Of a stretch of DNA of 64,000 nucleotides, positions 15,368-27,481 are shown one piece after another; the first letter of the stretch is position 1; each line of letters opens with the position of its first letter. Below the pieces are notes generated by a model, which was not told the origin of the DNA, made no database searches, and saw only the letters and a program-made list of their open reading frames with translations. Where the stretch lies: positions 1 to 64,000 of the forward strand of contig JALMLS010000420.1 in assembly GCA_038496445.1 (NCBI GenBank). The letters run 5' to 3'. The stretch is from Trichosphaerium sp. ATCC 40318. Lineage: Eukaryota; Protista; Tubulinea. Both the position numbers and the translations under genes were made by a program.

Positions 15368-15552
15368 TGATCCGACAATTGTTTGGCATAATAAATATTT
15401 ATTATTGAGTTTTTCGAGAGTTGTGGTTGTTTGAAAACAAGTCACTAGTTGCTATTCAGAACATTCCCTATTTGGAATCTTTGTAATTTACACCGTTAAT
15501 TCCAAAGTCTACAGCCAGTCAAAGTCATCAAAACACTCTACACACTAAAGCG

Positions 15553-16814
15553 ATGTCCTGGCGGGAAATTTTAAGGGTGAATGCTCTAGCAGAACACCAC
15601 CTAACCAACGAGCAACAGCTACGCTTAAATCAAGTCTCTGAAGTGCTCTGTAGCATATCAAAAGATTTATCGCGGAAAATGCACCTACCCGCCAAAAAAG
15701 CAATGGATGCGCTATACACGTCCATTTTATACAGATTAAAAGCGAAGAGACGAAGACAAAAAATAAAACGTGTACAGCGCCTTGTAGCAGCGAAAAAAAT
15801 AGCCCAAGACGACGAATGGTCACAAATAGATGAAGAAGTAGCAAAATTAGAACGAAATCATGTGCTCGCAGCAGCCAAAAAAAAAATAGCACAAGCGCAA
15901 CTGCGTAGTACTGAGCCTACCTCCAGAGACGCCCCAATGCCCGATGGTGCGCTACAACATTAGTGTCTATCGGTTGCTGACGCTACATCTAGTGAAAAAG
16001 AATCTGATGATCTACAAACATCTACCGCTTGATGAAATCCGCAATAGGTTTGAACAAGTGTTAAAAGCGACTAAAACCAATCCAATCTCGATTGGCAATC
16101 ACACTATTACGTACGATCATTTGAGAGCCCTAAAGCCCGGAGAGTGGCTAAATGATGAAATCATAAACGGTTACATTACACTCTTGAAGGAGCGAGCAAG
16201 CAAACACAAGGACATTGTGGGAAATTGCTATTTCTTCAGCACCTTTTTCCTGACAACGCTAACACGAAACCGTAAATTTACATATGCTAACGTCAGAAGA
16301 TGGACCAAAAGGGTACGCACCATTGTGGGTTCTGGGTAGCACGGTATTAACTTTGTGTTCTTAGGTCGACTTGTTCAGTTTAGATAGAGTTTTTTTCCCA
16401 ATAAATGTCGGCAACAGACATTGGATACTTGGTGTTATAGACATAAAAACCAGGTCCATCTACGTTTATGATAGCAATGGGAGACCTCATGAAAGCTACG
16501 CTTTGGTAGGTTCAGCGTTTGTTATGTTGTATTAACTTGCTCTTTTTTTTGGATAGTGTTTGAGAGCCTACATAATGGAGGAAGCAAAAGATAAACAGAA
16601 ACCAAATTTCGTAGAGTCATGGCGTGTTGTTGAACCACCAGAACCTGTACCCCAGCAACTAAACGAGTCTGACTGTGGCGTGTTTGTGTCGGCGTTCGCA
16701 AATCAGTTGTCTCGTTGTCCTGATGCTAAGCTGAACTTGGACAGCAGGTACCTCGTTGAGTATTATAGAATGCGAATTGGATTGGAGTTACACGATAACG
16801 AAGTGAGCATTTAA
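15553..16814 (+). CDS. SUMO-specific protease (SENP/Ulp1, peptidase C48)
   Basis: LKPGEWLNDEIINGY, YFFSTFF, YANVRRWTK, FFPINVGNRHW (His), YVYDS (Asp), PQQLNESDCGVF (Cys). Confidence 0.93.
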
Positions 16815-17577
16815 GAAGGTATGCATTTTACACCTAGTTCTTGTTCTATAAACTCTTGGACACTCTTTGCATACACTGGGTTTATGTGCGTTATCGGCCT
16901 GTTCTTGCACACGTATTTGAGCGCTGTATCCGGCGTCCATCCTAAAGATGATGAGCTTAGTCATGCACAAGACTGTGGTGTTGTACCTCTCGTTTTGACG
17001 AGCCACAGTACTATGACGGCTGGAGATCTATTTTGCCCACCTTCAAATAAATTAGTTCACGTGCTGGACACAAAAATGTTGTTTCTTTTTAATGTTTATT
17101 TACCAAAGCAGTGGACCAGAACTTTGTTGCCTTTGTTCGTCTCCGATTCCAGCACTTCCAATGCCTTTGTAAAGTATGGAGTAGCTTTAAAATGCATAGG
17201 ATGTGGCTGGTCTGCAAGCGGTAGCCTTGTGTAGCTAGAATGTGGTTAAGGCTCTCAAAGAAAAAGGAGACTTCTAAAATGAGGGAAAAATGCTGACAGT
17301 GCGAAAATGGCCAGGTACCTGCATAATTCGGGATAAAGCGAAGGTGTCTCTGTTGCACTAGTGCAGGAGATGATGTGCTTTATGTTCAACTGTTTTAGCA
17401 GCGATTTATCCTTTGCTGCTCTTAAATATACGTCAAACGTCGGTTAATGGTATTGTGGTACCTGTAATTGCTTAAATAAACCAACTCTGATATTTTACAC
17501 CAATCTTCCTTTCCAGCTGCAAGATGTTGAGAAGACAGGCTATCAGATGGTATGTCAAAGTTTACTCGATTGGTCAT
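16811..17577 (-). CDS. Dual-specificity phosphatase; upstream exons possible, so start is uncertain
   Basis: Spliced exons: ISELVYLSNY-AAKDKSLLKQLNIKHIISCT, KVLVHCFGGQNRSPAVIVLWL (HCx5R), ALKYVCKNRPITHINP. TAA at 16813-16811. Missed by the ORF track. Confidence 0.85.
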
Positions 17578-18736
17578 GCAGTTGTGATGTTCATAGAATG
17601 ACGCCTTGCCTCTTTAAGTAAGTACAAACTTGATTGGCAATCCACAACCGGTCTAGAATCTGGCGGGATAGGCAAATTCTTTTGCAATATCCACCCAAAG
17701 TCCAATAGCTCGTACACGCAATGCTCCTTGTTTTGTGAATCCTGCGTACGCTACATATGTTTTACATCCCAAGTTACGTTGTCACTGTACGTTTTCCGCC
17801 CAGCACACAGCGATAAACAAAGATCAGTTCAACGATAAAAGAAACACTATTTGAGCATCCCTACTGCCCTAAACACATCTAAAAATGCGTACTACATGTC
17901 CTTTTGTTTCTAGTTTGGGTTTTTAATTGTACATGGCACAAAGAATTGTTATTAGTATTATTTATAACGTGTACCTGTGATGGTAAAATTTTGGGGAGTA
18001 AAAGTGACTTGTGCCTGATTTAGGTTTTTGTTACAAGTTACGTGAAAACCAAAAGTCTCATACTAACGTACAACAACTGACCTGTAACTCCGTAAAACAA
18101 TTCTATTAGCTAATGTACATGTAATTGGAGTGTGTCAGTACAAAAGGTAGAGTTTACACTATAAAACAAGCAAAGTTCCTCCCAACCACATTACTTACGC
18201 ATGAGAAACGCCACCAAATAGTTTTGATTACGCGAAATGACCGAAAATAATAGCTCAAAAAAAACGCTTTTACCAAATAAAAGTTACTTTGGCGTTTGCC
18301 GTGTGCGTGAGCTCATACAACATTTTTAGTATGCACAAAGTGATCTTGACGTACAAACAACTAATTCAGTTTGCACAAACAGAATAAATAGAACTATTTC
18401 GTTTCCCTACGTACAGACTCCTTCAAAATTTCCAGAGATAGTTTTTTTGGATGTTTACAGCGTACTAGCAATGGTTTGGAGCCATTACGACCATACACAT
18501 GCACTTTTTTCCCAGTGGGGCCAATAAGACGCACGTACAGAGATAATTTTACCCTCAGGAGCTACAAAACTTCTGCACATAGCGATATAGGCACTTAGAG
18601 AGCAGTGGAGTACAAGGAAACTTTGTGTTTGGAAAATACCGTGAACGATTTTGACTATCTGCGCGTATCTACAACCGGTCTGAATAACATATTTTATTTT
18701 GGAGACGTTTTAAATACACATGTTGGTACACGAATG

Positions 18737-21700
18737 TTATCCTGGATTATCATCTAGCGACGCATTGGACACTGTACGTAGCTGTGCAATGGCTTCTGTA
18801 CTAAAAGGACAGCCTACAAAACGGGTTAACCTAAGAGCCACGCCGTGGTGCTGTACACCTTATCACACGTACTGTAGAGTAAGATTATCTTAATCGATTT
18901 GCAGGTGGCAAGGTGTACTAGTACCTTGTCAGTAAGGTGTGTGCAGCCTGCAATGCTCAATACTTCGAGGTGCGAGGCATGATCGAGGAGGTTGATTACT
19001 AGGCTATCTGAAACTCCATTGCCGTCCAACACCAAGACTTTCAACCCTGAGAGGCTCGTTGACAAACCAGCAAAGGAAGCCTGTACCAGAGTGTGTTATG
19101 AGCGTATACTAACACTTAAAAAGAGATACGCACGTCGGTCAATTGATTGCGGAGCACCACTAACTCGCGCAGGTTTTTGCAAGCAGACAGCGATGATACA
19201 TCTGTCAGCATACAATCTGAAAGGTCGAAGCATTCTAGCGTGGGCACCGCCACTGGCACGGAAATAGGCGATCCCCAAATCTGCAGATTTACAAGTGATG
19301 TGCAGCACTCGTTGAACAAAGCAGTCGTCGCATCTAATCACGAAGTAAAATGAACCTGGTCACCCAAAAGATATTAGTACGCACCTGTAATTTGAAGGCC
19401 TGATAGTTCGATATGTGTAAGTTGCGGTAAGATGTGGCCGATCGCTACAAAACTGGCATCTTCAACACTCAAAAAGTCAGTAATAAACGAGCAAGTGTGG
19501 GGCGTACCATCAAATCCTGTGGTGGCATCAATACTCAGGACTGTAAGTGCTGTGCACATTTTAACGATAGGTCTGATCATAAAAACTAAGTAAGTTGCAT
19601 TGAGTGTGCAGTAGCGTACAGTGCGCGTTCTGGGTGTATTGCAGGTGAAAACTTTGTTAATTCAAGTCGTCGTATCCACGGACGGCACTTGTCTTCAATG
19701 AATTTCACAAGCACATCGCTATGCGTTGTAATACATTCATGTATGAGCATGTGTGCTGCTCTACCGTGTACCAAGTCAATATCTCAAACAACAAGAAAAT
19801 GATGGATTGCTTACTTGTTTAAGATGCGAGCACACTCTTCTGTAACCTCCTTGCCTTGATGCTTTATGATCAAGCTCAAAATGACGGATTTGACGTTTTC
19901 AATGTCTTTGGTCTCACAGTACTTGTGCAACGACTCGGCCAAGAGCTTGTAATCTATACTGTTTCCTTTTTTAAGTTTGTTAGCATTACAGGATTTGGCT
20001 ACAATTGGCCTACCTGCATATGCGTGCTCTTTTAGAGCGCTTGCGTATTGTCGAATGACCTTAGGGCTTCCAGGTGCATCGTTTACAGCCTTTTTGAAGT
20101 GATCTCTCGACATTCTGAACAATCTAGTCCGCTCTCTGCCCTACATATAATTTTTGTTATGAACCACTCACGCCACAGCAAAATTGAGTGTCTAGTCTTA
20201 CTAGTGCATTGAGTGAGTTGTAATGAAGGGCATGTGCTTTGGCTAGTCTAAGAGTTGTCATTTCTTTGGTTGTTGCCTGTAGTTCTGCGATATCGGGCAG
20301 AACAAATACAAAGCTGTCACAGTTTTCTTTGAGCTCTCGGATTGCCTAGGACCAGCTGTTGATATCACAATACCAACGTTACAAAAGTGAAGTGCAAATT
20401 ACGTACCTCATCAGTAATTTGTACACCTGTTAATTCACCGACTCTGGAGAAGAACTTGGCCCATCCACACAATCGAATTTTTTGGTGGAGTATACCAAAC
20501 TTGTTCATCAAAATATCCTGTACCTTCAGTGTAGATTGGTTACTATAAAACTACTGTTAGTCTTTGGGCGCTGTCATCTTGATGACTTACCGTAGTGCGC
20601 AAGGTTCGCAATCGCAATAAAAATTAGTGCTGTAACCTCGCACTGTTTCCTATTTTGAAAATTAACCTCTACTGTGTTTGAAAGCTTGTGGTACTTTGCT
20701 CTTGTAACAACTGTGAGCACACGCTTGACACACACCAAAGTAATTAGAAGTATCGAGGGATATTACCTGGACACAAAAAGGGATTAATAGAGGTGCTCCT
20801 TTTGGGATATGGTATCTAACCTTATACATCATTTGTGGATATTCTATGCTTGTACCTGTGATCGACCGCGTGCATATACCACGTGAGGTACACCCAGCTA
20901 TGTAATCTAACACTACAGGTTCTGATTTCAACGCCTTGTATTCTTGTTATCCACAATTGTCATCATCAAAACGCACCTGTTTGGTTGGGAAGTTTTCGAA
21001 CATGTAGTTGAGCTTGGCCTATCTCAGTATTAACTTTGGTTCACGAAAAATGCTACTGCCTGAAAGTACGCACAATCAGTAACTTCCAAAATGCCTGCGC
21101 AGGTGCTATGTCTGGAGAGTGCCCTATAACCAGGTTGAATACCTCTACGATTACTTGTTGGTATGTTGTGGCAGACAAGGTACTAGATAGAGCATAGCGT
21201 TAGCAACAAGCACATTTACTTAACACAAACAGTCATTTAGTATGTACTTTTTCTGTCGCTTGACTTCACGGAGTTTGTATCGAAGTATGTTTTTTACACC
21301 ACGTGCGACCATTTCCTATAGCATTATGAATTGAATTGCCAGCATGACTATGTCGTACCATTAGCAAGCACGCCGACAAGTATGGTGCGCGGATCTTCGA
21401 TCTTACTACCGCCATGTATCTAATATTGATGCCGTATCGATGCATTATATCTATCACGGTCGATTAGAATCATCCCAAAAAAATAGAAAGGATTGACGAC
21501 TCACCACACAATTCGTTGCCTTCAAGGGCGACGAACTCGTTCTGTATTTCTAAGGCCTTGTGAGGAATGTGATTGTGCAGCAAGTTGTTTGTGGCATCGA
21601 GAATATCTTGGTTTATGCTGTCTTTCTCCGGATCGTGGCGAACAAATTGAGAGTACGCATCTGTCACAAGCTAATGTAAGTTCCAACTTTCAAACTCAAA

Positions 21701-23433
21701 AGATACATGTAGCCCACTTGTACCTGAACACAAAGGGACGGCATACGATCGAACAAATTCTGGTCTAAATAACCTAATCAAATAGCTTCGCATCACCCTG
21801 CACACGTATAAGAGGAGAAGAAAACTCATGATTTCGAAAGTACTTTTTGCATGGTGTTGTAGGTGGCAACAGTCGGGCAAAGTCTATCACGTCTACTCGA
21901 AATTAGCTGTGCTGGGACATGCCCAACGTACAATTACGATTATCCGATCCTCTGTGCACCTCAATATCACACGGCAAGCTCAGAGTTTTCGTAAATTTTG
22001 GCAACAAACCTAAAAGATTACATGGTGGGTTATAACCTCTTGACCACAAGTGCAATGTGAACTGACCTGCCACGTGCTTTCGCAAGTTGAGTATTGAGGC
22101 AGCCTTGTCCATTAGCACTGATATTTGAGGATCGCCATGTACCGTTCTGTAATAGGTAAGTCAAACAGCAGGGCCACCAATGTGATGACTTCTACTAGTA
22201 GAACGTACTTGCCACAATCACAAGAGCCATACAACAATGTTCCCGTCTTTGTGATGGGTAGTTTTGCTACAGCAACCAGTCTAAACCCGAGATAGTCGAC
22301 AATCGTCATGAGAGGAAAGCACAAGCCTTGAACACCTAAAACCAGATCAATACTGGTTCCTTTAAGACATGCCATCTACACTCACCTGTATCAAGAAGCT
22401 GCATGAGGCCTTTAAACTCGTGCCCAACGACTTTCATTGCACCTTCATCTGAACCATAAAGTTCTAAACAACATTTGGTTGGACAGGCTTGTTGGCAGTG
22501 TTCGACTCACTCTTGAAATCCATTGCAAACTTGAATAATATGCCATTGTGGAGGTACTTCTCTCCTGACGCAGTTCATCAACAGCCTGTATAACACATTC
22601 AAAATAGGGAAGTGTACGCACCACCAGCAATTCCACCAACATCAATAGGCTGAGTCATAACCAGTAAGCAACTCATACACACGAATGCTAGTGAGCAGGT
22701 ACCTTTATTGTTTTGTATTGTGGAGCCACAAACACTTCAGATACAATTAGCTTACCCCACATGCGCGCTGACTGCACAAAATCTTGTGCAATTTCATAGA
22801 CAGCTATATAAAATGCCTTGGGGTCTGTCTCACGAAGAGCGAATGCCTCCTGAAATTCACTAACGGCGAGCTGAGAAAAACAGGTACAACAACAATCTCA
22901 ATTTGTTACGTATTCCAGTCCTTATCTTCTCCTCTGCAAGTAGGTTCCATCTTGCATGCTGCATCCTGAGCTGCTTCCAGCTTGTCTTTGCACTCCCTCA
23001 TGAAAGACTAGTACCCAGCATAAGATTCAAGTCTTTCAATTGAATCCCTGGTTTACCTTGTAGTTGTCTGCCAAAGTACCATCTTTTTGAGCACCAACTA
23101 GAAGACTACTGGTAGCTGCCAATAGATAACTGAGGGTAGATGACAATGATTGTGCTGGATCACTTGGTGGAGTAATTACGCCCGGCTCTGAGTACCTGCC
23201 TGTACTTTGCTCAGTTGAAGGTGTACTACTAAATTGGAAGAACTCACCTCTCGGAGATGTTTCAAAACTCTCGTAGCTAGCAGTATATGGCGTAGGGTTT
23301 ACGTGTATTTCCTCATCCTTGCCATATTCGTCATAAATACAAATTACAGAATCTTTTTGCGTACCGGCGCTGATGCGTCAGTATTAGGGAGTTCAGGGTC
23401 AGTGTACATGTACACGTCTTCATCCTGTTCCAT
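18737..23433 (-). CDS. CLU-domain protein with a Cys-rich (UBR-box-like) segment and C-terminal LRRs; 3' end uncertain (may extend to about 18394)
   Basis: CLU motifs GHEFKGL, FPLMTIVDYLGFRLVAVAKLPI, YGSCDCG, PCDIEVHRGSD, DFARLLPP, LFRPEFV, MHRYGINIRY. Cys-rich CTRSITG...GVCQACAHSC...FYCDC. F-box-type LRRs such as LEVLSIAGCTHLTD. Confidence 0.8.
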
Positions 23434-23616
23434 TGAGCAGCAAATTGCTCAACAATGATTACCGCGATATGTAAAAGCGCTTCTTAGCAGTGGCGAATGC
23501 AATTGCTCACTAGTAATAACTGACAGAGACATATTAGTCAATGTCAGTCACTTTTTTGTATTTATTATTAAAGTGGCAAATAGCCTTTCTTGTATGTCAA
23601 CAACCAATAAGTAGCG

Positions 23617-25928
23617 ATGTACATGAGCTCCAAACCAGAACTTTCTGCTACAGCCGAATTGGACCTCTCTGAAGAACCTGAGTATGTACCTGGCGGCAGC
23701 TTTGAGGAGACACCATTCCTTGCCAAACAGGTGCGTCAATTTTGTAAATGCGGTGCCATCAAATTAATAGCGTGTATTAGATTTCTAAGGCCACGAACGG
23801 CGAAAACGCGTCATCTGGAGATGACAGTAGCGATCTTGAAGAACCAGGTGCACTATTCTAGCGTGTAATCAGCCTGTGCTAACGTATAACGAACAAAATA
23901 GAAATATTAAGCATTGACAAGCCAAAAAGTGAACCAGAAGAAGAATCTGATCCAAAAACTTACACACGAAAATACGCTCATGAAGGCGCGTAGGTTTGCG
24001 TTGGCGTTTGCCGGCTAACAGGACAACAGATATGACACAACCAGAATTTTACAAGCATGTAAAGCACATATTTATATTGAGCGCTGCAGGCAAGCCTATT
24101 TACACGCGCTACGGGCATGAGGTACAGTATTCGCATAAATGGAGACATTTCCCTTGACAATTGCTACAGGCGTCACATGGCCTCGTTGGCCTATGCGCTC
24201 TCCTTACTTCGATATGCTCCAACGTTAGCGCTTATTACAAAGGTGACAAACTCCGTTGCGTAACCGCTGGAGGCACTAAATTCTTTTTCGTACAACTGGG
24301 TCATCTGTACTTGGTCGCTATAGCCAAGGTACAGCTCCACAACCCGATGATCGCCACCAATACTGAAGCGTACATTTTAGAACAAGGAATCAGCACACCA
24401 TTTAGAACGTTGTCTGACAAGTCTGCACTCGCAAATACTGTCAATATTCACTGCGGGTGTCAACAAAATTTTCGAAACTAAACCACAATACAATCTCATT
24501 GATCTCTTCAGCCGTGCGTTATCTCTAACTTCGTTTATGTTTAATTAATACCTCGTCTAGGAACTGATTATAAATTTATGGACACACTCGCTACCTCCAT
24601 GGATAACTATCACTCCTTTATCTTAAATACAGTTCACTGCCTTCGCTTGAATCGTGCAGCGCGCAATACAATAGGAAACATATTACAAACGCACAAAGAG
24701 GGCGATTTATTGTATCCTCTTTTGGCAGTTTTTTTTTTTTCAAACAAAAAGCAAACCTATCTACCCTCCTTCACCCTAAAACAGTTACTCCATGATACTA
24801 TCAGGTCACAAGGTAGTACACTTAGCGCGACCAAAAAAGCATATTCTATGTCCACCAGGTACAGTCATGATGTCTCGACAGGAACAAAGAAAATCATTAT
24901 TTGTTACTGCATACCTTCCTCCCTCACTTTTGACTCGTTTGTATAGATTTACATCTCATAATGAATTTTGTTAATGCATCCAACTCTTTCCGATCATCAG
25001 AGGAGGCCTGGACACCATTTTGCTTGCCAAATTTCAACAGCAAAGGCAAGTCTTGCTTGCTTAAACGAATTGATGCAGTTTTTGCCTTTTTTTAAAAACT
25101 ACCAGTTAACAACCATCCCTAGGCTTCATGCACTTGTATGTCTGCTACCTTGACACTAACATTTGTTTGGTGTTGGTATTTAGAAAGCCTGATGACATGT
25201 ACATAAAGGGACATCAACTTAAAGAGAGCATACACGGCAGTCTACGAACCTCTGGTGCCATTGAAGCTATCAGATATTCTGCTGAAAACCAATCTTACTA
25301 TATTGGTACGTTGTCAACAGTTGATCACGTGCATTCGTTGCAGATTTTGACAGTATTGTGATAGAGGATGTCGGCATACCACGGTTACGTCATTTCTTGT
25401 ATAAATCAAATGCTACCAGTCAGATGACTGCGCCAGCCGTTGGTGCACCATACAACACCAAAGAAGAGCGATTCAGGATATTCAGGCTGTACCAAAACAC
25501 CAAACTGAAGGCGACTATAATACCACCTAAATCACATCGAGTCTACTTTGCAGTCTCCGACAAGGTACACTAAAAATACCTTGACTGCACTGTAATCACA
25601 AAAATTATAGGAAACAATAGTCGCGTGGATTACACGAGGGTTCGAGCTGTACGCAATATTTGGACCTCTGGAAAGGTAATCATCATCGTCATCATTTCCC
25701 TTTTCAATTTTGCTCGCCATACAGTGTGGCTAAGTTGTATTGTTCTTGTAGCAAGGAGTTTTGCATAACGGCTTGTAATCAATTGTTAAAATGGATCAAG
25801 CAGGAAGAAAACTCGTACGTCATTTCAACAGTAAATCTTTTATTTACTATTCTTTCTTCCCTTCACAATTGAAAATGTTCACGTCATTGTTTTAAAGGTT
25901 GTTCATCCTAAATTCCCCAGTATGGTAA
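23617..25928 (+). CDS. MON1: Vacuolar fusion protein Mon1 (Rab7 GEF subunit)
   Basis: [78 protein letters not shown]. Confidence 0.93.
24712..24784 (+). other. U12-type (minor spliceosome) GT-AG intron in MON1
   Basis: 5' site T|GTATCCTCTT and branch-like TCCTTCAC about 11 nt before the AG. Removal gives in-frame [16 protein letters not shown]. Confidence 0.75.
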
Positions 25929-26171
25929 TTACTATCTATAAATTTGGTGAAATTGGTCTGCCAAATCAAATATTGTATTTTTAGACAAGGGCACGGCCAT
26001 TCAAAGGGATGTGGGCTCAATAAAAAAAAATCACGTGCCACACAAAGGCAGACGCAAAAAAAAAGGCGTGAAACCACAACTAGTAGATACCAGTGTACCG
26101 TTGATTGAATTGGATTCTAACTATTGAGGAGAGCATGTGTCATTCATTTTTTTTTACAAAACCATTCTTTA

Positions 26172-26847
26172 TTACATCAGCGCTTGTGCCTTTCTCGTTT
26201 CATCGACCTCTATGGCCATTGTCAAGTTCTCCACCACTTCCAAGGCCAAGGCATAGAACACGTACACCAGCTTGATAGCAAGGAGTGCAATGAAGAAGGA
26301 GTACAGCTCTTGTGTCGGCCCATTATCGCAGTCTTTGCTGTTGAATATGATCACCAAGCCGAACACACGCCATCCAAAGTTAAACGCGAGTAAACCTGCC
26401 TGTTCGACATTGACCACTATCCAAAAGACAAGCTTCGCAACGTACCCAGAGCACCAATAGTACGCCAAAAAAGTGGCAGCCATTATACTTGCGATTATTA
26501 GATTTGCAATGCCATCAACAGCCAACCAAACAGGCATACCGATCGCTGACAATGCTGCGTTAGCCCACCGTAAAAGTGTACAAAAAAAAACGTTTACGAA
26601 TTTATGTATGTCCTTGTTTTGCAGTGTTTTGACGTAGCAAACGCGTACTGTAAGGCTCTACGGAAATGTAGCCATTTGTTGTAGTGTTAGAGACAATAGC
26701 GCCATAGCAAGGGTGCTCTTTGTGACGGCTGTAAAAAACAAGTTCAGCAATCGCTAGAGCAACTGGTGGCGCTATTAGAAGCATGCCGACTACAATCGCG
26801 ATGATAGAGCCATATCTTCGTACGAAGACGCGTGCTTTTTGTTCCAT
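26172..26847 (-). CDS. Hypothetical four-TM membrane protein, 2 exons
   Basis: Hydrophobic helices in ORFs 26602-26874 and 26172-26552 are joinable across a short intron. No family recognised with certainty. Confidence 0.6.
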
Positions 26848-26932
26848 GAGTGTTGTTCGTGAGAGGTAGTTCACTGTTTGAGGTTATAGCTTAACTTAAT
26901 CGGTTGTGCTTGTACGCAATTTTATAGGTCGA

Positions 26933-27367
26933 ATGTCAGCTACCCGAAATGATGTTGTAAACGTACAAGTTGTAGATGAATGCGGTAACACACACACGTT
27001 CAACGTGGGAAACGATGACGCCTGTAGGTACGACTGACAATGTATTGCGTTTGTTCAAACTCAAAAACGCGTATTTAGAGACCTACTAGCGCTTTTAAAG
27101 CGTCTCGCAGAGAAAGACGGGTTGTACGATATTTTGGGCAATATTGACACAATTGCAATTTCTGATTTTGTGACAGCAGTCAGCGTACAAAGCAGCTGCA
27201 AAACAGTCGCCAGCAAGTTGTTGACGCTGTACAGCGTCGAAACAGCTGAAAAACTAAAAGATGGCACATACACCGATGTTCTTGACGCTGGCGCTCGACT
27301 TTGCCTTTGGGCAAGCGCTCGTAAATCTACTGGAGGCAAAGCACCGAGACGGAAAACGCAGCAATAG
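26933..27367 (+). CDS. Small ubiquitin/SUMO-like protein ending in a histone H3 tail mimic (ARKSTGGKAPR)
   Basis: Exon 26933-27027, intron 27028-27078, exon 27079-27367, all in frame. Beta-grasp-like pattern VNVQVVDECGNTHTFNV..CRDLLALLK...KLKDGTYTDVLDAGARLCLW. Exact H3(7-17) at 27317-27349. Confidence 0.72.
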
Positions 27368-27481
27368 CGCAAGTGAGCGTATAATGTAGTGAGTGGAATA
27401 TAAACCGTGGTGTGTTGGCCACAATAAACTAAAAAAGAGCGTCAATTAGGTTTGACTTTAAGCTTACATTATCTTCTCACC

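Noticed and set aside
21019-21059. Additional GC-AG intron on the - strand
   Set aside because: An in-phase GT donor 3 nt away fits equally well, so it was not counted.
15553-27367. SENP protease and the H3-tail UBL as a linked functional cluster
   Set aside because: They are 10 kb apart with unrelated genes between. Proximity in a eukaryote is weak evidence, though the enzyme-substrate pair is testable.
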